DNA of 64,000 bases from Williopsis jadinii (lineage: Eukaryota). The stretch covers positions 4,402,001 to 4,466,000 of the forward strand of contig AP024664.1 in assembly GCA_024346625.1 (NCBI GenBank). The letters run 5' to 3'. A program made the translations under genes and the position numbers. This document shows, piece after piece, positions 43,704 through 53,575 of the stretch. Each line of letters opens with the position of its first letter. The stretch's first letter is position 1. The notes below the pieces were generated by a model. That model did no database searches. It had not been told where the DNA came from and saw nothing but the letters and a program-made list of their open reading frames with translations.

Positions 43704-45869
43704 ATGCCACCGAGAAAGAAGAGATCGTCGTCTTCTGTGGCGAGCACCACGCACGAGGAGCCATCGAACTTGGCTGCTACGAACGTCAGGGCACAGACCT
43801 TTGTGAACCACCAACTGCCCAACGGATCAGCACGCTCATGGCCTCATAAGACGCCATCTCCTGAATTCATGGCCAAAGCTGGTTTCTACTTCTTCCCTAC
43901 GGACCGGTTGAAGGATCGTGTCAAGTGCTTCTACTGCAAGAAGGCCCAGTCCACCTGGAAGAACGTGAAGGACCCCACAAGTCATCATTTGAAGAAGAGC
44001 TCATCTTGCCTGTTTGCTCAGATGCATCACTATATGACTGAGAGCAACTCCAACCCTGGCTTCGACTGGGCCAGTGCTGGCATCTTTGGCGACCCTTTGA
44101 GTGAGGAGGCTGTGAAGATGAGGACGGAGTCCTTTGCGAACTGGCCCTTCGACAAGCTCGCGGCCGCTAAGCCGACGAGTGACAAGATGGTGGCTGCTGG
44201 GTTTGTTTACTATCCACAGGAGGAGGAGGACGACCTGGCCATCTGTATGTACTGCGGCACGTCGCTCGAAGGCTGGGAACTGGATGATGACCCGATGGAG
44301 GAACACCGGAAGAGAGCGCTGGAGAGAGATTGCTATTTCATTAGGGTTTTTGACGGGTCAGTTTCAAGCTCCTCGAAACGACAGAGCGATCAACTTTTGG
44401 TCTCACCGGTAGAGAAAAGGTCGAAGTTGATGACTGAAACGTCGACAATCGAGGAAGAGAATGAGGAGAATGAGGAGATAGCGGGTGCGACGAAATCGGA
44501 TCTTTTAAAAGACGACGAGGATCAATCAATAAGACGAAGACCTAGAAGAGTGCGGAAAGTTGTCAAGAGATTAATTGATGATGGCTCTTCGGTGGATGAA
44601 ACTCAGCACGATGAGACGTTCAGTCTAACTGGTAATTCTGAACACTTGAATGCCGACGAGGAGTACTTTGAATCGTCTAATACAAGATCAAACAGATTGA
44701 AATCTTCTTCGAAACATGCACCACCAACGTCTCCACTCAAAAAATCAAAGATCTTGGATAGTTCGATGGATAAGGAAGATATATTTGCTGCAAATGATAA
44801 AAACATTGAATTACCACCCATTAAGTTACGCTCAAGCCCAGACAAGAAACCTAAGAGGAACTCGACATTACAGGACATTACGAACTTGAGGTCCCCACAA
44901 AAGGGACAGGTTCAACAAGTGAACGACAATAACGATGAAGATGAAATCTTACTAGTCACAAATAGTAGTGACAGGTCAAGATCATTGATGCCTTCTGTGT
45001 CTCCAGCAAAGTCACCTGCAAAATCTTCTCCAAAATCTTCTTTGGAGCTTCCATTGGCTGATGTGCTAGATCAAAGCCATCTCAAGAATTCAGATGATGA
45101 TGTTGCGACTATCAGACCTCAGTCACAGAATGGTGATTTGTTAGGTGGGTTGAACAACAGCTCATCTCCATTGTCCTCTTCGATCTCACAGTTGGATCCA
45201 TCTCCGCTGGCTTCCAAGTCTCAAGGAACAAATTCTCCTGCAATATCAGAACAACTTTCGAAGAGAGAACTTCGGATAAATCGAACCAATTCAAGATTTT
45301 TCGATAGTCCTAAAAGAAGCGAAAGTCCCTTCCTTGATAAGGACTACAAGGGAGATGATAAGATTGAGCTCCCTGTTTCAACTGCTGTTGATGAGGATCT
45401 ACCAGTTGATGATGATACGCCAATAGGGGAATCCACGGATCACAATATCCAGATCAGTGAACCAGCCCCTGAAGCGAAATTTGAACCACAACAACAGCTC
45501 ATTGCTGAAGATGATAATGAATCGTTCCATTCAGCTGAGGAAGAGACACCGGATAACTTTTGGCAACCAACTAATACGAATAAGTTGTTTGAAAACTTGG
45601 AAGACTTGGACACAGCACGCAAGTTTCTCGCAGTGCTTCATGATTTACCTTATGAGTTGAACGACGATATCGATGGAAGAGTCAGCTGCTTCATTAATGA
45701 AATGCCCGATGATGAGATTGAGATGACCATCGAGCAATGGATTACGCATATTGCATCACAAGGCCGTGAACATCTAAACACCGTGTGTACAAAGATGTTG
45801 GATGTATTCGACGATGAATGCTCGAGGGCTTTGAAGAGACTTGAGAATCTCCCAGTGAGAACTCCATAA
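43704..45869 (+). CDS. BIR1: Chromosomal passenger/IAP protein with two BIR domains
   Basis: MAKAGFYF...DRVKCFYC...W...DP..HH...SC and MVAAGFVY...DLAICMYC...EGWELDDDPMEEH...C; C-terminal MTIEQWI. Confidence 0.94.
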   Translation: MPPRKKRSSSSVASTTHEEPSNLAATNVRAQTFVNHQLPNGSARSWPHKTPSPEFMAKAGFYFFPTDRLKDRVKCFYCKKAQSTWKNVKDPTSHHLKKSSSCLFAQMHHYMTESNSNPGFDWASAGIFGDPLSEEAVKMRTESFANWPFDKLAAAKPTSDKMVAAGFVYYPQEEEDDLAICMYCGTSLEGWELDDDPMEEHRKRALERDCYFIRVFDGSVSSSSKRQSDQLLVSPVEKRSKLMTETSTIEEENEENEEIAGATKSDLLKDDEDQSIRRRPRRVRKVVKRLIDDGSSVDETQHDETFSLTGNSEHLNADEEYFESSNTRSNRLKSSSKHAPPTSPLKKSKILDSSMDKEDIFAANDKNIELPPIKLRSSPDKKPKRNSTLQDITNLRSPQKGQVQQVNDNNDEDEILLVTNSSDRSRSLMPSVSPAKSPAKSSPKSSLELPLADVLDQSHLKNSDDDVATIRPQSQNGDLLGGLNNSSSPLSSSISQLDPSPLASKSQGTNSPAISEQLSKRELRINRTNSRFFDSPKRSESPFLDKDYKGDDKIELPVSTAVDEDLPVDDDTPIGESTDHNIQISEPAPEAKFEPQQQLIAEDDNESFHSAEEETPDNFWQPTNTNKLFENLEDLDTARKFLAVLHDLPYELNDDIDGRVSCFINEMPDDEIEMTIEQWITHIASQGREHLNTVCTKMLDVFDDECSRALKRLENLPVRTP

Positions 45870-46044
45870 ATGGTTTTTAAACGTATCTGAGCTGGTGATG
45901 ATGATCGTAAGAACACATGTACAAAGAGAATCTAAACATAATTTGTCATTACAACCTTCACATGAAACATAGACTTGATCGTCAGTGTTCATAGTTATTA
46001 TATCAAAAGCAACCTACTTTCTTTTTGTTAGCTTGTTATTTACC

Positions 46045-48120
46045 TTATTCGGAATCCACTTCAACAACGTCGACATCAGCATCAACATTCGCCGCCATAA
46101 CCACATCTTGGTTTGCTTCCACACGAGCCTGTTGTACTTGTCCTTGGCCATCTCCTTGCACTTCAGCAATATTGTTATTATTATTATTCATTGGGACCCC
46201 TATGCCAAACCCATTGAACAACCCATTGTCGCCTAGTTGACGTCTTGCACGGTCCATGAGCCCAGCATGGAAGTTATCCTGTTGTTGCTGTCTCTGCTGT
46301 TGTCCTTGTGCCTGTTGTGGTGGTATCTGTACTGGGAACCCCCTTATGGGGATCCCAGCCACAAGATTGACCAAAGGCTGTCCATCAATGAGTCTTGTTG
46401 AGTTGAACTCCTCTGGTCTTGTTTCGTACAAGTTGATGAGGAATTCTCTCAATTTACGAACACCCTGACCGGAAAACACGCAGAACAGTGCCCTTTGATG
46501 TTCGTTGAAATCACTTGGAGGTTCACGACAATAGCAGAGGATATCAGGTCTCAGGAATGCTCGTATACCTGTTAATGACAAATGTGTTAGCCTTGGACAT
46601 GCACGAAGTAGATCCAATATCGGCGACAGTCCTAGATTCGTACAATAAGAGAGATGGACCCTTTCAAGAGTATCGTCATGGCCTCTTCTGATGACAAAAT
46701 TATGAATTCCCAAATCCGTGATGTTCAGGCACTTGACCAATCCAATTCTCCTTAATCTGGCCAAATGGGCCAATTCTATCAACGAGTTGTTTGTGAGTTG
46801 TTGACAACAAGCCAAGTCGATGTATTGCAAACGGTGACAACTTCTCGCCAAAATGATGATTCCCAAGTCTGTTATATGCGTGCAATGGCCCAAGTGAACA
46901 TAGTGTAAGTTCTTACCTAGCCTTGCCAATGATCTCAACGAGGAGTCCGTGACCATGGTGCACTTCGATAGAACAACGTTCCGTAACCGTGGAGCTGCTT
47001 GGACGATTCTCTCGACACTCTGATCTGTGATCTGTGTACAGCCCGTGAAGTCGATGATTCTGAGCCTATCGAACTGGGCATCCTCTGGGATTGATCTAAA
47101 GAGCTGATCAGTCACGTTCATGTTCTGAGAGATTCTAAACTCCCTGAGCTGTTCCAATCCGACAAATAGCGTGATCAACGAGTCATTTGTCAAGTTTACG
47201 CAATTGTGAACGTCAACCTCGATCAACGACTTACAATTGTTGACAAAACACCAAAGGTCCTCATCTGTTAGGCTCAGGTTATCGGATAATTTCATCCTCT
47301 TGAGCATTGGGCAGCTGTTGTAGATTGCGCTTATGCCTCTTCGAGTGACAGATTTGCAGCCTGGGGCATATAGACCTTGTAGCCTTGGACAGTTTTGCCC
47401 CAATGCTTCAAATATATCGTCGTCGATGCTTTTAACACCAGTCATATCTATGGATTGTAGCTTTGAGCAGTTTTGCAACACATTACAGATCGACTCACTC
47501 GAGAGCCTTGAGCAGTTCACCAACGTGAGTCTCTCCAAGTTATAGCAGCCTTCAAACAAGTTCAAGAAGTCGCTGTCGACACGCTCGTAGATGAAGGATA
47601 GGTTTAGACGACGTATGAATGGCCTATAGTTCCAGTACGTCTCATTGGGGTTCATCGACATAACCTGTTGTAACCCGGACATTGCTCTAGACGTCATCAG
47701 CGAAGGCCTGAACCATAGCAGCTCCACGATGAGATTGCTCCATCTCTTACAGACCCTGAGCAAAGGCACTAGCTCGGATTTATGGCTGATCTGAGAGAAT
47801 ATCAACAACAGCACCTCTGTTGGGATCTTCCTTATAGGTCCCAACTCGGCCATTGGTTCTCCCTCGTGGAGTGTGCCGTTGAGGCCGTTGTTCAAGGTCA
47901 AGTCAGTGGTGTTGATGTTGAAATCAGAGCCATCTGACTGCATATCAATGTCATCATCCATGAGAGCAACGTCCAGCTCATCTCCAAAGTGTCTTCTCGT
48001 GTGACGATGGCCATGCCGAGAGCCTTGGTAGTGGAAATGAGGCTGCTGCTGCTGCTGTGGTGGTGGTGCCTGTAGAGAAGAGGCCGAAGATGCCACAGAG
48101 TTCTCGTTATCACTGTCCAT
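46045..48120 (-). CDS. GRR1: SCF F-box/leucine-rich repeat protein
   Basis: F-box IPTEVLLLIF...VCKRW...LLWFRP, multiple LRRs, LERVHLSYC, FNEHQRALFCVFSG. Confidence 0.95.
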   Translation of the reverse strand: MDSDNENSVASSASSLQAPPPQQQQQPHFHYQGSRHGHRHTRRHFGDELDVALMDDDIDMQSDGSDFNINTTDLTLNNGLNGTLHEGEPMAELGPIRKIPTEVLLLIFSQISHKSELVPLLRVCKRWSNLIVELLWFRPSLMTSRAMSGLQQVMSMNPNETYWNYRPFIRRLNLSFIYERVDSDFLNLFEGCYNLERLTLVNCSRLSSESICNVLQNCSKLQSIDMTGVKSIDDDIFEALGQNCPRLQGLYAPGCKSVTRRGISAIYNSCPMLKRMKLSDNLSLTDEDLWCFVNNCKSLIEVDVHNCVNLTNDSLITLFVGLEQLREFRISQNMNVTDQLFRSIPEDAQFDRLRIIDFTGCTQITDQSVERIVQAAPRLRNVVLSKCTMVTDSSLRSLARLGKNLHYVHLGHCTHITDLGIIILARSCHRLQYIDLACCQQLTNNSLIELAHLARLRRIGLVKCLNITDLGIHNFVIRRGHDDTLERVHLSYCTNLGLSPILDLLRACPRLTHLSLTGIRAFLRPDILCYCREPPSDFNEHQRALFCVFSGQGVRKLREFLINLYETRPEEFNSTRLIDGQPLVNLVAGIPIRGFPVQIPPQQAQGQQQRQQQQDNFHAGLMDRARRQLGDNGLFNGFGIGVPMNNNNNNIAEVQGDGQGQVQQARVEANQDVVMAANVDADVDVVEVDSE

Positions 48121-48561
48121 CTTGACAGTATTCCCTCGTTGTTTTATAGGTTTGCAGTGGGCCTCCGAGTATCAGATTTCGTTCAATATCCAACACAGGT
48201 CCAAAGTGTGAGCAACAGTCCTGCCCAGCTCGGTCAACACCAGCTCAAATCAGCTCCAAAGACAAGGATCGTACAGTCCTTCAGGCTCGTTAGAATACTC
48301 TCAAAGACTCCAACCAAACCAAGACGCTCTCTTCCGATCGATACACAGGGTACACGGTGATGGAAGCAAGGCAACAATAGGCAAACTCAACGTCAAACTG
48401 ATAACCAGCGGATTCCTGTTGACTCTCTGGCTCAGTTACAGTCTCAATTCACTACCAACAGGGGGGTGAATAGCCAATTGGTTAACGATAAACAAAGGGG
48501 AAGCTCTTGGAGAAGTTGTCTTGTGGTTTTTCGCCTAGGGAAATTCCACCTTGGAGATGTG

Positions 48562-48671
48562 GGTGTGCGGGTTAATAGGTGTGCGGGTTAATAGGTGTGC
48601 GGGTTAATAGGTGTGCGGATGTATCGGTGTCCAGGTGTTTGGGTGTCCAGGTGCGTGGGTGTCCAGGTGTT
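48562..48671 (+). repeat. Two adjacent 16-bp GGTGT-based tandem arrays in the GRR1-MKT1 divergent promoter
   Basis: (ggtgtgcgggttaata)x3.5 then (ggtgtccaggtgYKtg)x~3. Confidence 0.88.
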
Positions 48672-48789
48672 TCCCTTTTGTGGCAGTTTCGTTGTTTTGT
48701 TTTGTTTTTTTTGGATGTGTTGATGTTTCCAAACTTCAACAAATAAACAAACATCCAAACAAAGCTCAACAGACAGTTTCACTCAGCCA

Positions 48790-51099
48790 ATGCCAGGTAT
48801 GAAGCGCCAATTCTGCTTGCTTGCCACGGGGCTGAAGCGCCAGCAACAGACACAGGGAGCTGTGGCCCTGGAAAGCAGCTTACAATCTAAACTCCACTAA
48901 CACTTATCGCATACAGTGAAGAGCCTTGAGCCGTTTGTATTTGAACGAGCACTGACCCAAACGCTGCCCTTTGAGTCGCTCAGAGGGGCGCGTGTTGGTA
49001 TCGATGTTAGCCACTATGTGTCGCGGTTGATGGGGTTCAAGCGGGAGGCGCTGTTGGACGCCACTGGCGGGTTCCCGCTGTCGCTGTTCCAGTACATTGA
49101 GAGTGACTGTGTGGTGTTTAAGGACTTTGACATCACGCCTGTTTTCGTGATGAGCGGGTTCGACTGCGTGAACATGTATAGGGAGAAGTTCTCTGTTAAG
49201 TCGTCGACGGTGGAGAGACAAAGAAACCGGAGCTGGATAAGCTATGGCTCCCAGTTGAAGCAGCACTATGGGGAGAACCCACAGGGGTTGCCATTGACTT
49301 GCAACGAGTCCTTCAAGGACTTTGGCACACAGTTCTCTGCGGACAATTTTGTGTCTGATTTGGTTCAGTTCTTCATCGCCAACGGCCTGGAGTACATTAG
49401 GGCTCCTTATCTGTCGTGGGCCCAGTTGGGTTATTTGTACGAACAGGGCTTTATACACGCCATCTATGGCCCTACAGAAACTTCTCTCTTGCCGAACGTT
49501 GATAAGTACATCATCGCCATGGACTTTGGTAATAAAGACTTGAGATTTATCGATAGAGGTAGGTTTCTATCTGAGTTGGACCTGAACCAACAACAGTTGG
49601 TGGATATTGCAATGTCAGTCGGCTGCGATTTGCAGCCCCAAACCTTGGATATGTATTTGAGCTATCCTCAGAGCGATTATATTAACGTTGCCCTGTCAAT
49701 TGTCAACTCCAACGGTAATCTCTTCAGTTCGGTGGCTCAACTACCTCAGGAACAAGTGGAATCTTTCCAAAAAGGTGTCATTGGATTGCAGTATTTACCA
49801 GTGTTGAAGACAAACGGCAGAGTGGAAGTATGGAACTTTGACGAGAGAAACGTTGACAACCGCTCTTCGAGTTCTGAATTGCCACCTGAAGGCTTGCATG
49901 AGATATTTTCTGTTAGAGTGCCTCAAGAGTACTACTTCTACCAGTCCATCGCGTTGAACAATACAAAGTTGTTACAATCAATTGCTAATGAAACATACGT
50001 TGAAAAGTTGCCATTGGAAGGTGTCACTCTAAAGGAGTACAAGGACTTGATTGCTGCCATGTTACCGATCAAGGCTAAGGAGGTTAACCTCTTGACTAAG
50101 AATATGAACCGTTACTTCCAGTTCAAAACGGTCAAATATACAACTTTTTGGGGCGAATCTATGGACATCCCTCATAAACCAACACAAAACGTTTTCCACT
50201 CATTACAGAGTATAACTTTGAGATCAGACAATTTCCAGGAGTTCAACTTGAAGAACTTCTTCAAGTGTTTGACCAATGAACCGTTGCTATCTGACGTTGT
50301 CCCAGATGAATCCCACTTGTTGTCTTCACATTTTGAAATCTTGTCGACGGCGTTGCTTCGTACTTTGAACATCTTTGGCATTTACTCGACGAAGTCCTCA
50401 AACAACTCAAAGGCTTTGTCAATTTTGCAGACGCTCGATGAGAGGTTCCAAGAAGAATACATCTTGTTGTTGGCTTATTTGAAACTTTCTAGTCAAAAGT
50501 TGTATGAACCTCTAAGTCAGCAACTCGCTGGTGACTCAATAACGGCTGATAAATCTCAGAAGCAGGTTGTATTGCTCATATCACGTTTAGCATCCTTGAT
50601 CCAGGTACTTCCAAAGAAGAGAATAAACTATTCTGGTCCGGTGTCGAGATCGTTATTGGCCTTTAGATCATCAATGGATTTGATCAAGAGAAACATGAGA
50701 GAACTGTTTGAAACGGTATTGGTTTCTTCATTCACAGGTAATGAGGCCGATAAAGTGGAACGTTCCAACGACGATTGGATTGAATTAGTCTCCGAGATGC
50801 CATTCGGTAAAACTGTTCCAAGTACTATAGTTGGTATCGCAGTTCAAACGCTGCTAGATCAATATTTCGTCAGTTCTTTGAATACTGGAGATTTTAGCAC
50901 TGCCAAGAGCTTGACATATAACTTGTTTGAGATTACTGGTGTGGAGAATCTACCTGCTGAGGTTGGACGGGCGTTTGAATTCGTCAGAGAAGCCTATAAA
51001 TTGGTCAAAGCATTGGAACAAGATGGTAAAACAGACCCACACCTTATCAATGTATTTGAAACGGCTGACGATATGGCAAAGAAATTCCTGGGCCAGTAA
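48790..51099 (+). CDS. MKT1: Mkt1 post-transcriptional regulator (XPG/PIN-like fold), intron 48797-48916
   Basis: ATGCCAG|GTATGA...CACTAAC...CAG|TG gives MPVKSLEPFVFER; GIDVSHYVSRL, EALLDATGGFP, APYLSWAQLGYL. Confidence 0.93.
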
Positions 51100-51261
51100 A
51101 ACCTGAAAGACGAGTATCGTTCAAGGTCAGTGATACGAGTATAAATTCAAAAACAAAGTGTTGATGTACGTAAAATTATAATATAATTAGGTTGAAGGAG
51201 ATCTTGACGTCCACTAAATCCATGAACTTGTTACAGTAATTGATGTGAGTCCACTTCATTC

Positions 51262-52770
51262 CTAGTTCACTGCGTTATACTCTGACTTGTTCACCGTGCC
51301 ATTATTGCTAACTGAGTCGAAGTGATCACCTTCAGGCTGTTGAATAAAACTATCAAAATCATACCTTGTATTCTCTTGAACAAACTGCTGTAGTAGTGGG
51401 TTCTCCGTGTGCTGTAAAGATCCCTGTATATGTTGTAGTTGCAGTTGTTGATGTTGTTGTTGTTGCTGATGATGTTGTTGTAATTGTTGTTGCTCGTCAG
51501 GTGAGAAATTCAAAGGTGTCAATGGGAATCCGCCTGGTGAAGTTGAGTTTGGTCGCGTAGGTAGATCAAACTGTGCTCTTTGAATATTTGAACTGTTATA
51601 ATCCAAGATGTAAGAACTCATGAATTTCAGAGATTGTTCTAAGCCCGTTAAAGCATGTGGGATACCTGTTCCTCCAATGAAGGCATCATTGACCTGATGT
51701 CCCTCAGAAAAATCCTCACAAATCGACCACTGGTTGTTCTGTGTGATGTAATGAGAGAAAGAGACGGCAAACTTTGGTGGTCTATTTAACCATAGCTTCA
51801 GCTCGCAGGATTGATCCTTGCCATCTTCATCTGGAACAAACGATATGGAACAGTTATTCACAGAAGAAATTGGGAAGAAGATTCTGAACAGTATCTTCGA
51901 ATTATCAGTTATTGCACTGAAGAAATAGTTGATCTCAAAGTTCTTCTTAGAGATTAGAACCATGAGATCGGTTGAGTTGTGCATGATTTCGTTAATAGAC
52001 TGTGGAGATAGATTTGACAAGTTCTTAACATTAAAGATATTCTCATTGGAGAGATTTCCACTTTTCAACCTCTTCCAACTCCCAACTGTTAGACTCTTGC
52101 AATCGATAAAGAAATAGTTATTGTTGAGGTTCAAAGGAATGTTATCATATCTGGAGAACCCAAAAGATGCTCCAAATGTGTAAGGATCATCCTTTTCGGT
52201 GGCTGCTGCTTTCTCCATTTTCCTCGATTTCGCTCTTCTATTCTGAAACCATATCCTTACACTGCGCTCAGGCATTCCGGTCTGATCACTGATTTTCTTT
52301 CTCATTTCAGCATTTGGATTTGGATTTTGGTTGAACTCGTTGATGAGCAACGCTAACACCTCTCCACTTGCACGGGTACGTTTATGACCAGACTCGTTCT
52401 TTAATGTCTGTTGCGAGCTTTTCCCTCCAATCTGTAGATCTTGTTGGCTATGTGATGTTGATGGAGTTATTTCCTGCAATGGATCATATTCCTGCTGTAA
52501 TTGGTCGTTCACTTTGGAACTCTGGATAAAATCTTGATACTCTGTATCCATCTGTGGTAAATTTGGAGACTCTTTATGGCTCTCGTCAACTGAATGTACA
52601 AATTCAGGCTTTCCAAGGTTTGCATGGACGTCTGGACCCTTATTTATGAGTTCAAATTCCTGCTCAACGTTAAATTCGTTATTTTGTAGTTCCGCACCGA
52701 GTAAGAAGCTATCGTCCAGTTCGGGTTTGAACAACATATCATTCTGGCCTTGAAATGTGAAGTCATCCAT
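51262..52770 (-). CDS. PHO2: Homeodomain transcription factor Pho2/Bas2
   Basis: Homeodomain KRTRASGE...MPERSVRIWFQNRRAK; SLTVGSWKRL, NLSNLSP, LFRIFFP, QWSICEDFSEG. Confidence 0.94.
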   Translation of the reverse strand: MDDFTFQGQNDMLFKPELDDSFLLGAELQNNEFNVEQEFELINKGPDVHANLGKPEFVHSVDESHKESPNLPQMDTEYQDFIQSSKVNDQLQQEYDPLQEITPSTSHSQQDLQIGGKSSQQTLKNESGHKRTRASGEVLALLINEFNQNPNPNAEMRKKISDQTGMPERSVRIWFQNRRAKSRKMEKAAATEKDDPYTFGASFGFSRYDNIPLNLNNNYFFIDCKSLTVGSWKRLKSGNLSNENIFNVKNLSNLSPQSINEIMHNSTDLMVLISKKNFEINYFFSAITDNSKILFRIFFPISSVNNCSISFVPDEDGKDQSCELKLWLNRPPKFAVSFSHYITQNNQWSICEDFSEGHQVNDAFIGGTGIPHALTGLEQSLKFMSSYILDYNSSNIQRAQFDLPTRPNSTSPGGFPLTPLNFSPDEQQQLQQHHQQQQQHQQLQLQHIQGSLQHTENPLLQQFVQENTRYDFDSFIQQPEGDHFDSVSNNGTVNKSEYNAVN

Positions 52771-53575
52771 CTTGGATCTATAACCTGTTTCACAGCGAAT
52801 AACCTCTGGTGATATGAAAAGCTGTAATTGGGGAGTATCACTCAGCTATTTCCTCCCTTATTAGTTAGCACAGCCCCCGGTTCCCTCTTCACCTTCAGTT
52901 TGATGAGATACAACCAACACAAAGGGAAGATCTTAGCGTAAACACAACACAGACACAAGTATGAAACAGCAAAAGAGAGACAGATGAGGGCAGTCGGTAT
53001 TAACAAGCGCTTCCCTAATCAGTATATCCCCCAGACAGGCTTATTGGTATCGGATCCAGCTTCAAAAAACTTCCCACACAATAGGTGAAAGCAACAGATC
53101 CCTGCTTCAAACGTCTTGACAAGTAAAATGGGTCTTTTAGAGATCTTAAGGCTCAACCTTCAGACCCATTACATAATTTTTTTTTCTCTTCCTTCTTCCT
53201 TTTCTTTCTTTTTTCCCCTTCTCGGCTGAGGGTGTTTTTGAGAGTTTTGGCCCCTCGTAGAAAAAGCGGAAAATTACCTGATCCGGATAAAACGCAACCG
53301 CAAGAGCGGAAAAACTTTGCATGAAAGTGTAGTCCACTGGTTGTCAAGACAACGGTAACAACAGCAACGGTAATAACAGTGATAGCAAAGAGTGAACTAA
53401 CAACTGGGGGGGGGGGGGGTATCAGCTAGTAGTATATATACATCACATATATACATCTGAGTAGTAACAGTATAAAACAATGAAAGAGGCACGGTGGAGG
53501 ATAAGCAAAGGAATTCACACATGAGCAGTAAAGCAAGCTTATATACAGCAGATAAGGTGGAGAAATACCTGTGGC

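Noticed and set aside
48562..48671. CRISPR-like array
   Set aside because: Units are contiguous with no unique spacers, the context is eukaryotic and there are no cas genes.
52780..52900. Possible upstream intron or extra exon of PHO2 (TGCTAAC then TAG with an open frame to the ATG)
   Set aside because: No convincing donor or upstream exon could be identified.
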